A stretch of 42,788 nt of DNA. It comes from a virus (Duplodnaviria > Caudoviricetes). The stretch's first letter is position 1, and every line of letters starts with the position of its first letter. A program made the position numbers and the translations under genes. This document shows positions 28,451 through 36,659 of this stretch, piece after piece. The stretch is taken from positions 1 to 42,788 of IMG/VR virus record IMGVR_UViG_3300020045_003118; one strand, 5' to 3'. A model generated the notes under the pieces. The model had not been told where the DNA came from and made no database searches. It worked only from the letters and a program-made list of their open reading frames with translations.

Positions 28451-28734
28451 AATTCATCTTCTGTTAGCATTTCGATTGGCTCTTGTTTTGTATCGTAGAA
28501 ATAACAATAATCAGACATTCTTCCGTCAGGTGATTGGGCTAAATCGCAATAGTCGAGTTCTCCTGAATCGTTAAAAAAAATCATAAACCAATCGCCGACA
28601 TAAAAAGCCTGTTGACCATTGTAATAATTAATTCCTTTTTTATAAGTCGGTGCCAATTTAACAACAGCTTCCCCGCGAATAGCGCGGCGTATTTGTTCGA
28701 CAACTTCATGACTTGTTAAATTAACTGAACTCAT
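28408..28734 (-). CDS. Hypothetical phage protein (FFND.GELDY.D motif)
   Basis: ATGA-coupled ORF in the leftward array. Confidence 0.6.
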   Translation of the reverse strand: MSSVNLTSHEVVEQIRRAIRGEAVVKLAPTYKKGINYYNGQQAFYVGDWFMIFFNDSGELDYCDLAQSPDGRMSDYCYFYDTKQEPIEMLTEDELCQFQEILSKCVTS

Positions 28735-29005
28735 ACACTCAACGGCTCGTATTGTGGCGGTGATGTGTAAATTGCCTCTGTCGCATGATCGTTTTTTTCA
28801 ACAAAAATAACTGCATCAACGGCTTTATGCGTAGCTAAATCACGTTTAACATATTTTGCAACATAGCCTATCGGCTCTTGCCCAGGCTTTGCGAGTTCAA
28901 CCTGCCTTAGCGCAAACATGACTTGCTCATCAGCACCAAGTGCGTCCCATTGGTTAAACTCGTCGGCTTGTTCGTTCCACAGTTTAATTAAATCATTTAG
29001 GTTCA
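28731..29005 (-). CDS. Hypothetical mosaic phage protein
   Basis: WN.QADE.NQW..LG.DE N-part; EP..Y...IYT.P C-part. Confidence 0.6.
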
Positions 29006-29007
29006 TT

Positions 29008-29205
29008 TTATTTACCCTCAGTTGCACCACAAATATCACATCGTTCACCTATAGCAAGATGACATTCCCCGCAAGGTTTTTTCTCAGGCTTGGCGAGTTC
29101 GGCTTCTATTTCTTCGCACAGATCAGCGCTTCTAACGCCTGTTGTGTCGTGGATTAAATATAATTCGTCTAACGCTTTTTTTAGTAACTCTCTTTGAGTG
29201 CTCAT
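29008..29205 (-). CDS. Small Zn-finger protein
   Basis: CGEC..CDICG. Confidence 0.65.
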   Translation of the reverse strand: MSTQRELLKKALDELYLIHDTTGVRSADLCEEIEAELAKPEKKPCGECHLAIGERCDICGATEGK

Positions 29206-29206
29206 A

Positions 29207-29374
29207 TCTACTCCGGCAGCGGGCCATCTGAATCAATCCAGTTATCTGGCTCTTCTTGTTCATTTTGAATAGCGCAACTGCTGCAAAACAAGTTATCTAA
29301 ATCATCAGCGCATGTTGATTCTTCATCACAGCCGAGTATGCAGCATTCGCCTATGTAATTATCATTTTCAGTCA
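29207..29374 (-). CDS. Small acidic Cys-rich protein ending GPLPE
   Basis: Manual ORF MTENDNYIGECCILGC...FCSSC...DGPLPE*. Confidence 0.5.
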
Positions 29375-29428
29375 TTCATCTACTCCGGCAGTGGCCCAAG
29401 CCATTCGAATTCATCTAAATAATCACTA

Positions 29429-29770
29429 TTAATACTCTTTCGGTTTTATACACAATTTATCCAATCCATCCGGTTTAGTACCACAATAAAATGATAAAAC
29501 ATCCCTATCGCCTAGCCTTATAAATTCTGACAAAATGTTTTTAGCGTTTACACAATTCTCTCGGCTTTTAAATCGTTTAAAATGAATTATCGGCGCAGAA
29601 TAATTATGATTTTTTCCGATTAACGGCTTCAAATACCAAATATTACCCTTTCTAACTTCATCACAAGGGATCGGCGATATTGAAAAGCATAAGTCAGGTA
29701 TCAATAAAAGTATAATTGTGACCAATGCGTAAATTCCAGGTTTTGTCGGCCTTTCTTTTGTCCAGTTCAT
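29429..29770 (-). CDS. Hypothetical chimeric protein with hydrophobic leader
   Basis: MNWTKERPTKPG start joined to a hydrophobic, Cys-containing, AT-rich sequence. Confidence 0.5.
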   Translation of the reverse strand: MNWTKERPTKPGIYALVTIILLLIPDLCFSISPIPCDEVRKGNIWYLKPLIGKNHNYSAPIIHFKRFKSRENCVNAKNILSEFIRLGDRDVLSFYCGTKPDGLDKLCIKPKEY

Positions 29771-29906
29771 TTATTCACCCATAAAAGCATTTGAAATCTC
29801 ATTAGACCTAAACCGGTTTCCTGGATATTCTCCATTCCCGTTCAATTCCTGGTATCGTTTAAATCACTGTTTTCTTGTGCGGCATAAACTACTGTTTCAC
29901 TCATTT

Positions 29907-30095
29907 TTACTCCGGCAGTGGTTCATAATTAAACGTAAATCGACACTCACGACATTTCCATACAGCAGGCGCGTTCGAATCTCTTAACTGCACTTGTCGA
30001 GTTCCGCATTTAGGACATGACGGCACGACCTTGTATAATCGCTCTCGCCGCTTTGCGCGGTCAATGACATCTATCATTATTGAAGTGAAGTTCAT
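29907..30095 (-). CDS. Zn-ribbon protein
   Basis: CPKCG..QVQL..WKCREC; RBS AGGAG. Confidence 0.7.
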   Translation of the reverse strand: MNFTSIMIDVIDRAKRRERLYKVVPSCPKCGTRQVQLRDSNAPAVWKCRECRFTFNYEPLPE

Positions 30096-30109
30096 TTTTA
30101 CTCCTAAAT

Positions 30110-30326
30110 CTGTCTAACTTTTTGCTATTAAAAATCGTAAGTTTTTGATTAAAAAAGACACGTATTTCAGTAAATAGTTAGACAGTCGAAGTTTCAAATT
30201 TTTGAAAAATCACTATAAAACTATGATTTACTGGTAATATTACCAGTTTCAAGTCTGTTGCTTTTTTTTAATCAATTCATTTTGTTGCACGGTCACTGTC
30301 TAACGATTTTCAAGGTTGTCTAACTT
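30110..30326. other. Putative attP site
   Basis: TGTCTAAC at 30111, 30297 and 30317, inverted at 30177; IHF consensus AATCAAAAACTTA (minus, 30138-30150); central palindrome 30230-30247; just downstream of int. Confidence 0.75.
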
Positions 30327-30515
30327 TTAATCTGCAAATCCTTCCGCTCCTGAACCATCGTATTCTTCGTTGACCTTGACAATATGATAGCTTCCGGCTC
30401 CGGCCGTAAATCCTTCTTTCATTTTGAATTTCCATGTTGAATTTTCAAAATCAACTTCAAGAGACTCTCCTATTTCAGTTGGATCATCTAAATATCTTGT
30501 TATTAATGTACTCAT
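30327..30515 (-). CDS. Hypothetical acidic protein between int and attP
   Basis: ORF with GAGG RBS inside the int 3' end. Confidence 0.55.
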   Translation of the reverse strand: MSTLITRYLDDPTEIGESLEVDFENSTWKFKMKEGFTAGAGSYHIVKVNEEYDGSGAEGFAD

Positions 30516-30517
30516 AA

Positions 30518-31477
30518 TTACCTCTTAGGCTTAATACTCACAACCTTGCGCATATAAACGCGCTTGGTCGTTGAAGGGCTGGAATGTCCCAGGGTTTTTT
30601 GTGCGTCGGCCAGTTCCATGTCACTTGCGCATTTGGCGCGGATCGAGTGAAATGTGAACCGATCTTTAATCAATCCTTGTTCAATTGCCCGGTCAATTAG
30701 TTTTGACCAGTTTTTACCAAATCCATCGTCGGTGTACTTTTGGCCCCGGCCATTTGCAATTACGTACCCGATAGAATCAGCACAGCGCCTTTGCTGCCGA
30801 GCGTAAGCGATAGCCTGGCGCAATCCATCAGACCACTGAAAAAACTGTTTCTTGCCGGTTTTTTCTTGCGTTAACGGGATCCCATCTTCGGTAAAGTCAC
30901 AGTACTTCAAATCCAGAATATCCCCCTTTCTCATTCCGGTTAGATAGGATATTTCCATCGCCGCCTTAAGCACCGGTGATGCAATGTCGAACACAGCCCG
31001 GTATTCTTCATCGGTAACGTACCGGTCGCAAGGCTCCATCGAAAACGCTTTAACAAATTTACAAGGGTTAGAGTCAACTATGCCCCAGCGGATCATCGAA
31101 TTAAAAACAAGGCTAAATTGCGCTTTTTCTGCATTGGCTCCTGATTTCGATGTGTTGGCTCGGGCGTCCATGTAGGCATAAATGTGCTTTGGTTTAATCG
31201 TGTCCGGCTGCATGTGGCCGAATGCTTGCCGGATATTTGCCAAACTCATAAGGTAAATCCTTTGCGTTTGCGGCTTGTTTTTGCTCAAGACTTCCTTTTC
31301 GTACCGGTCGAAGTAAACGGCCATTGTCCCGGCTCCGGACTCGATTGTTTTAAGCTTTGCCAGTGCTTTGTACATGTCGGCTTCGGTTTTACCCAGGCGA
31401 ATCCATTTTCTATCAAGAGTGACGTAGTAGAACGCGCCATGCTTAAAATAGACTCGTGGTTGGCACTTGCGTTTCAT
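30518..31477 (-). CDS. int: Tyrosine integrase
   Basis: TGMR..D, QEKTG, FHSIRAK, LGH, Y catalytic residues. Confidence 0.95.
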   Translation of the reverse strand: MKRKCQPRVYFKHGAFYYVTLDRKWIRLGKTEADMYKALAKLKTIESGAGTMAVYFDRYEKEVLSKNKPQTQRIYLMSLANIRQAFGHMQPDTIKPKHIYAYMDARANTSKSGANAEKAQFSLVFNSMIRWGIVDSNPCKFVKAFSMEPCDRYVTDEEYRAVFDIASPVLKAAMEISYLTGMRKGDILDLKYCDFTEDGIPLTQEKTGKKQFFQWSDGLRQAIAYARQQRRCADSIGYVIANGRGQKYTDDGFGKNWSKLIDRAIEQGLIKDRFTFHSIRAKCASDMELADAQKTLGHSSPSTTKRVYMRKVVSIKPKR

Positions 31478-31513
31478 TATTTTATATACGCCTATTTTGT
31501 GGCCTAATTGGCG

Positions 31514-31711
31514 TTATGTTGCTTTCTCAGCCAGAACAAAATGATCTTTCGGGACAGGCACCCAAAATCTGGAAAACACAGTAACTGTTTCTTTTTCTAC
31601 AACTGGAATGGTCGTCGTGTACTTTTTCCCTTGTTCGACCTTCCAGTAATCTCCGTTTTGTGCCGTTATTTCGTAGCTTTTGATGCAAAGTTGTTCAACA
31701 ATCTCAACCAT
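31514..31711 (-). CDS. Hypothetical cargo protein
   Basis: ORF between xis and int (GK.YTT...VTVFS.FWV.VP). Confidence 0.6.
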   Translation of the reverse strand: MVEIVEQLCIKSYEITAQNGDYWKVEQGKKYTTTIPVVEKETVTVFSRFWVPVPKDHFVLAEKAT

Positions 31712-31771
31712 ATTTAATAGCCCCAACATAACAGTTAATTCAACGTGACAGGTTCCGCAATCTTTCTATGT

Positions 31772-31879
31772 TCATCTTCTCAAAAACTCCAAATTAGGTT
31801 TTCGCTCAAGAGTTACGTAATAAAAAGCTCCGTGTTTAAGGTAGACTCTTGGCGTGTATTTGCGTTTCACTCGGTTCAT
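31772..31879 (-). CDS. Int-N/Xis-C chimeric mini-ORF (35 aa)
   Basis: Manual translation MNRVKRKYTPRVYLKHGAFYYVTLERKPNLEFLRR*. Confidence 0.6.
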   Translation of the reverse strand: MNRVKRKYTPRVYLKHGAFYYVTLERKPNLEFLRR

Positions 31880-32196
31880 TCACTTGCATTCCAAATATAT
31901 CCACTTAAAATAATCTCGGCATCATCATCCCAAACATGCCCCTCAGCTTTAAGACAGTCTCTATACCTGAAAAAATCATCTAAGTCATAACCGCTTAAGT
32001 TAGCTATAGCGGCAGCATCAAGGTCCGTCCATTCATCTTGCGTTTTTTGTTTAGTTACGGGAACATAATCGCTTAATTTATTGGTTTTGCATCTCGCGCA
32101 GTAAAAGTCGTATCGTACATAATCAATCAATATTTGCGACTCAATATATCCGCAAGCTGGGCATTTTCTAAACTCAACTTCTGACGGTATTGTCAT
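31876..32196 (-). CDS. Zn-ribbon cargo protein
   Basis: CPACG..CARC. Confidence 0.6.
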   Translation of the reverse strand: MTIPSEVEFRKCPACGYIESQILIDYVRYDFYCARCKTNKLSDYVPVTKQKTQDEWTDLDAAAIANLSGYDLDDFFRYRDCLKAEGHVWDDDAEIILSGYIWNASE

Positions 32197-32220
32197 CTTC
32201 TCAAAAACTCCAAATTAGGC

Positions 32221-32388
32221 TCATTCCCATACCGCAATTATGAGTCCAACTACGACTGCAATTAGACCGATAAAAAATGCAACCAGCAATGGAGCGCCAA
32301 TGGCAGCGCCCGGCCATTTGCCATGTATAAATGGAAACGATATGAAAATGAAAATTAATCCAGTAATGGCAATTTTTTGTCCAATCAT
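32221..32388 (-). CDS. Small two-TM membrane cargo protein
   Basis: Manual ORF MIGQKIAITGLIFIFISFPFIHGKWPGAAIGAPLLVAFFIGLIAVVVGLIIAVWE*. Confidence 0.6.
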   Translation of the reverse strand: MIGQKIAITGLIFIFISFPFIHGKWPGAAIGAPLLVAFFIGLIAVVVGLIIAVWE

Positions 32389-32392
32389 GTTT

Positions 32393-32605
32393 TTACCTTT
32401 TCAAAAACTCCAAATTAGGCTCAAAATCAACCGGTTTTTTAACATCTACCAGGACAGCATTAACCGCGTCCCATGTCGTCCGGGCCCGTCCATCGGCTCG
32501 AACTATAAACCTAATCCCGTTCTCAGCCAATACCTTTTTCTGAGCGTCTTTGTTTTTTGCTCCGGTCAGGTCGGCTATTTCGGCATTGGTTAGGATTTTT
32601 GTCAT
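32393..32605 (-). CDS. xis: Excisionase-like protein (DUF4224 type)
   Basis: LT..EIADLTG.....Q...L...GI.F..R.DG.....W, EPN.E C-terminus; upstream of int. Confidence 0.85.
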   Translation of the reverse strand: MTKILTNAEIADLTGAKNKDAQKKVLAENGIRFIVRADGRARTTWDAVNAVLVDVKKPVDFEPNLEFLKR

Positions 32606-32693
32606 TTGTCACCCGTTTCGACTACCAGCCAAAATATAACACCTATTGCCATGGCAAATGTTGCGTATTCTGGCAGGTAGTCGGCGATTAACA

Positions 32694-33128
32694 TTAGTGG
32701 TTTATCTCCAAGCCATCGTTGTGATGTCCTCCAAGTGTCTGTCCCTGTCCCTGCCCCTGGATTTGGCCTTGTTGCTGGCTAGATTCGGCGCTTGATCCAG
32801 ATAAAGAGTTTGATCCTGACTGAGCGCCACCGCCGTTTTGATTTGTATTATTTGTGGTTTTCGATCCAGCTTTAGCTAATCCAAGTGGCCCAATTAGAGC
32901 GGCGGCTCCCAATGTCGCCGCCGTGTCGCCAAGAATGTCGGCCCCTGCTCGTCCAGATACAACTTGCTGTAAAGCTATCTTCTTTTCGTCATTTCTGACA
33001 GTGGCATTGCATACGCTGGGTGATAAAAAACCGTTTGAGCAATCGAGCTGTAAATAACCGATTGTGTCAGTTGTTTGGCAAGCCTGGAGAGATACTACAA
33101 TTAAAAAAATTGTGATCAGTTTTTTCAT
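32694..33128 (-). CDS. Lipoprotein with low-complexity S/G/Q tail
   Basis: MKK + hydrophobic stretch + LQA-C lipobox. Confidence 0.7.
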   Translation of the reverse strand: MKKLITIFLIVVSLQACQTTDTIGYLQLDCSNGFLSPSVCNATVRNDEKKIALQQVVSGRAGADILGDTAATLGAAALIGPLGLAKAGSKTTNNTNQNGGGAQSGSNSLSGSSAESSQQQGQIQGQGQGQTLGGHHNDGLEINH

Positions 33129-33274
33129 TTCGTTGTTTCCTCTTGGTTGTTGTCGATAGCAGGTTCGTCAGGTTTTTCGGCAAGCGAATACATGCCATAA
33201 AGTACCTTAGTTGTGTTGGGTTCCGGTTGATTGGCCGGTGCGATTTCGTACATTTCGTAAAGAATTTTTGTCAT
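33125..33274 (-). CDS. Small acidic protein with internal duplication
   Basis: Manual ORF MTKILYEMYEIAPANQPEPNTTKVLYGMYSLAEKPDEPAIDNNQEETTK*; GAGGA RBS. Confidence 0.55.
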   Translation of the reverse strand: MTKILYEMYEIAPANQPEPNTTKVLYGMYSLAEKPDEPAIDNNQEETTK

Positions 33275-33306
33275 TTTGTTTCCTCAGTTGTGGTTAAAAA
33301 TTATGT

Positions 33307-34242
33307 TTACTCGATCATTTCAAAATCAAACAACTTACCATCAATGTCGTCATTAAAATCAATCTTTACTTGATCTGGCATAGTTTTTATGATCTCGGTT
33401 AACTGGTCTTTTGTTTCGCAGTTGTAAATTAACTGCTTCCAGTCCGGTTCTTTTTTGGTTTTCTTAAAAGAATCTATCTTTTGCTGATAAATGTCTTTTG
33501 CGACAATTTCATCCGCAGGCGATAATTGCCGAATTAACGATTTAGTGGCTGCTTGGCTTTCTTTGCTGTTTATGGCGTTGATTTTGTCTAATACTGTTTC
33601 AAGTATTATGTATTGCTCAATTTCTGGTTTTGGCTTGTTCAGTTTGCTTAAAACTAAGTCTGTTTTTGCTTCCGATTCTGATACAGGGTTAATAATCTTT
33701 TCGCCGGATGTTTCAATTTCGTCTGTCGTATAGACTCCAAGTATTGCACCGGGGCAGTATTGTCGTGACCAGTTCTTGACTTGAAGATAGCCTAACTGTT
33801 GCTTCGGATTTGTTTTCCACAATGGAGAATTTTTAATGGTTACGCTTCCGTTTCTTAGCCATTCGCCCCAGGTTATCTCATGTTCGCCACGGATAACCGC
33901 GCCTACTCGGCATTCAAGATTGTCACCGTCGCCCTTGTACTCATAATGAAACCGGCCAACAATTGCCCCTGATTGTTGAATAACTGCGTTAACAAGTTGC
34001 GCTTCATATCCAAGAATTCCATTGATAACGTGTGTTTTTTGAGAGACAACAAACGGCGACATGCCCCATTGAGCAGCTTGCATGACGACCGCTAAACAAT
34101 CGCCGGTAGACCCCTGAAAATGCTTAGGCACAGTAACCTTACTGGTTGCCATGACTTCCGCCAGTGCCGTTAATTGCTGCATCATTTGCGGGTTAAAAAT
34201 AATTGCTTCGTTTGTTAATTGGGTTGATAGTTCTGTGCTCAT
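33307..34242 (-). CDS. recT: RecT-like single-strand annealing protein
   Basis: VPKHFQG..GDC.AV.MQA.QW.M.PF.V.QKT, GYEAQLVNA, NSPLWKT.P.QQL.Y, PG.ILGVYT.DE. Confidence 0.9.
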   Translation of the reverse strand: MSTELSTQLTNEAIIFNPQMMQQLTALAEVMATSKVTVPKHFQGSTGDCLAVVMQAAQWGMSPFVVSQKTHVINGILGYEAQLVNAVIQQSGAIVGRFHYEYKGDGDNLECRVGAVIRGEHEITWGEWLRNGSVTIKNSPLWKTNPKQQLGYLQVKNWSRQYCPGAILGVYTTDEIETSGEKIINPVSESEAKTDLVLSKLNKPKPEIEQYIILETVLDKINAINSKESQAATKSLIRQLSPADEIVAKDIYQQKIDSFKKTKKEPDWKQLIYNCETKDQLTEIIKTMPDQVKIDFNDDIDGKLFDFEMIE

Positions 34243-35072
34243 AATTCTCTCGCTAAATAATTTGGTAATTCGATGGTCTGTAAATGCTCTGGATAGCACG
34301 GCCATAAACCGGTATCAAGGCAGCGCTTGTATGTGTCCAGGTTTTTTTGATATTGCAGCCGGCCGTACTCGATAAAGTTTTCGTCAAGTTCAAAAACGCC
34401 AATTCCAAATGGTTCAGTTTTTTCAACAGCTACGAATAGGAAGGCGTCTATGTCAATTCCTTCCGACGCCATCACATCGACATAAAACGGATGCTGCACA
34501 AAATACCGGTAATTGATCACCGATTTTTTAAACTGTTTTTCGCTTGCGCAATCGGTAGATTTCAAGTCGACAACAATTGACCCGTTCCAGTAGTCAGGCC
34601 GGCACCGCACGTCAACGCCGTCAATTTGTGAAAAAAACGATACTTCTGGTTTGCCGCCGTCAAATAATTGACTTGCCAGTTTATGCTTGCTTACTTCGCG
34701 ACGAATACCGCAAAGCATTTGATATTCTTCAAGAGATAATAAAATCTTGCCTTCGTTTTTAAGTGCATATTCCTGGTTTTTTGATTTTCCATATGTCGTG
34801 CGCAAATCAAGCTTTTCAGGTATGAAAAAGTATCGGTTATCTAATTCGTCAGGCTCAAGTACAGCGCAATGAATTGCAGTGCCTTGCTTAAATGCCGTTG
34901 TTTCTTTCCGCACTGAGCTTTTAAAATGCGCCGGGCTTTGGTCTATCAGATCGAGCCCACTTTTGCTTATTGAGTCGTGCGCGTGATAGGCTTCGTTGCT
35001 TAAGTCGTAATGTATGCCGGTAAGTTTTTTTACCGGCATAACTTCGTCGTCAAAATCAAGTTCAGGAATCAT
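34239..35072 (-). CDS. Exonuclease VIII / RecE-like PD-(D/E)XK nuclease
   Basis: YHA...ISKS.L, GTA.H.AVLEP, RCRPD, VDLKST, FVAVEK. Confidence 0.9.
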   Translation of the reverse strand: MIPELDFDDEVMPVKKLTGIHYDLSNEAYHAHDSISKSGLDLIDQSPAHFKSSVRKETTAFKQGTAIHCAVLEPDELDNRYFFIPEKLDLRTTYGKSKNQEYALKNEGKILLSLEEYQMLCGIRREVSKHKLASQLFDGGKPEVSFFSQIDGVDVRCRPDYWNGSIVVDLKSTDCASEKQFKKSVINYRYFVQHPFYVDVMASEGIDIDAFLFVAVEKTEPFGIGVFELDENFIEYGRLQYQKNLDTYKRCLDTGLWPCYPEHLQTIELPNYLAREL

Positions 35073-36175
35073 TTAAAAGAAGCCTCATAAAAATTAACTT
35101 CTTTAAAGTACTTTTTGGCTGAATCAGATAATTGTTTGATTATCCAGTTTTCAATAAAATCGTCGTTTTTTTCTGCCGGAACACTCATTTCAAAGCGCAC
35201 ATCGAATAGTACTAACCGCCTTCCGTTTGCCACAGTTGGCTGCACAACTGTTTGAACAAAATTTTTCTTGTCATCGCGTTCTTCCTGCCTTTTGGCGACA
35301 ATGTTTTCGGACTCGACGCTGTAATTGTTTACGGTTTTTTGTTCAACAGGCGGCGCTTGTTTTGCCAGCTCTTCTTTTGCTATCCGGTTCGCTTCCGCTT
35401 GTTGTTCGGCAAGTTTTGCATCCAAAATCCGTTTATTTTCCGCCTCTTGTTGTCGCTTGATTCTGGCTTCCATTTCTGCTTTACGGGAAAGTTCAACATT
35501 GATAAGCTCCTGTAATTTTTCTTGAAACAGAGATTCTTCGGCATAAAACACGCTGCCGAAATGTTCTTTCTGCAATGGAGTTATTTCAGCTTTCAAACAT
35601 GCGTTTTCGAGCATAAGCAAGCGCGATTCTATGCGGTTTTGTTCGGCTATTTCGTTTGTATATAGGGCCTTTACAATGTTTGTTGCTTTTGTTGTAAGTT
35701 TCCCCCCTTCGGTCATAAATCCTGAAAGCTTGGCGACGTTTACCAACTTATCTTTCCCATGAAACTCAGGTTTTACACAGTTATCTAATCTGTATTTATC
35801 AAGCAATTCCTGCATCATTTCAGTGATAATTTTCAGCTTTTCAGCTTCCATTTTTTCAAACCGGTTAATGATGCTTTCCCCGGCTGCGTCCAACTTGCTT
35901 GACTTTCCGTAAATTTCATCCTGCCAAGACTTGTACTTTTCTGTCACTGAGCGGAAAACATTTAAGGCCCAAAACTTATTGAGCTTTGAGTATTTTCTTA
36001 TCAGTGCAACGTCATTTTTTGCTTGTTTCCGTCCGTCATCGTCTAACGGATAAACTAAGGATTCAGCGATACCGATAGCGCTATCTAGCTTTGCAATGTA
36101 AGCCGATGAATTTTTATAGAAGTCAAGCGGCTGCTCGTCAGCTATTTCCAGTATTTTTGATAGTTCAGTGCTCAT
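35069..36175 (-). CDS. Coiled-coil protein upstream of the recombination genes
   Basis: Long helical K/E-rich ORF, coupled to neighbours. Confidence 0.65.
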   Translation of the reverse strand: MSTELSKILEIADEQPLDFYKNSSAYIAKLDSAIGIAESLVYPLDDDGRKQAKNDVALIRKYSKLNKFWALNVFRSVTEKYKSWQDEIYGKSSKLDAAGESIINRFEKMEAEKLKIITEMMQELLDKYRLDNCVKPEFHGKDKLVNVAKLSGFMTEGGKLTTKATNIVKALYTNEIAEQNRIESRLLMLENACLKAEITPLQKEHFGSVFYAEESLFQEKLQELINVELSRKAEMEARIKRQQEAENKRILDAKLAEQQAEANRIAKEELAKQAPPVEQKTVNNYSVESENIVAKRQEERDDKKNFVQTVVQPTVANGRRLVLFDVRFEMSVPAEKNDDFIENWIIKQLSDSAKKYFKEVNFYEASFK

Positions 36176-36659
36176 AAATTACCGATTGCCTGATAAATGT
36201 AAGTTAAAACAAATATTGATATTGCAGCGCTGGAAAGCAATAACAAAAGCCTAATTGCTCGGTAATCCATCAGTAAATCCTCCAGTTTGTTGAGTCGATA
36301 GGTCCAAAAAACCCAAGTGCTCCCATCAATGAAATTGTAATAATTGTTGCAATCACAAAAAATGCAGCTATTGCGCAAAACAGTTCTGTTTTTTTAATCA
36401 TTTGCTCACCCAATTTGAAACCTCAAATATAAAGTTTTGGTTGATTGACGCTATAATCCAGAGTCCAAACAGTAGAAATCCTAATGCCGTTAGCGAAACA
36501 ACAGCCGTCCAACAAAACAATTCTGATTTTTTAATCATGACTTCCTCTTTCTCAAAACGTGACCTGAATTTATCAAGGCCACTAAAATATTAAGTCCGCC
36601 TTGTGTTGTTTCGTCGATTTCGATATGGGCGATCACTTTGCCGTTTTTGATTATGTCCA

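Larger units (their letters stand above)
31772..32423. repeat. Three direct copies of the xis 3' end (TCAAAAACTCCAAATTAGG core)
   Basis: Copies at 31772-31798, 32193-32223 and 32401-32423. Confidence 0.95.

Noticed and set aside
34225-36175. Identical MSTELS starts of recT and the 368-aa gene
   Set aside because: Only about 18 nt with a mismatch; may be a shuffling junction but is too short to support alone
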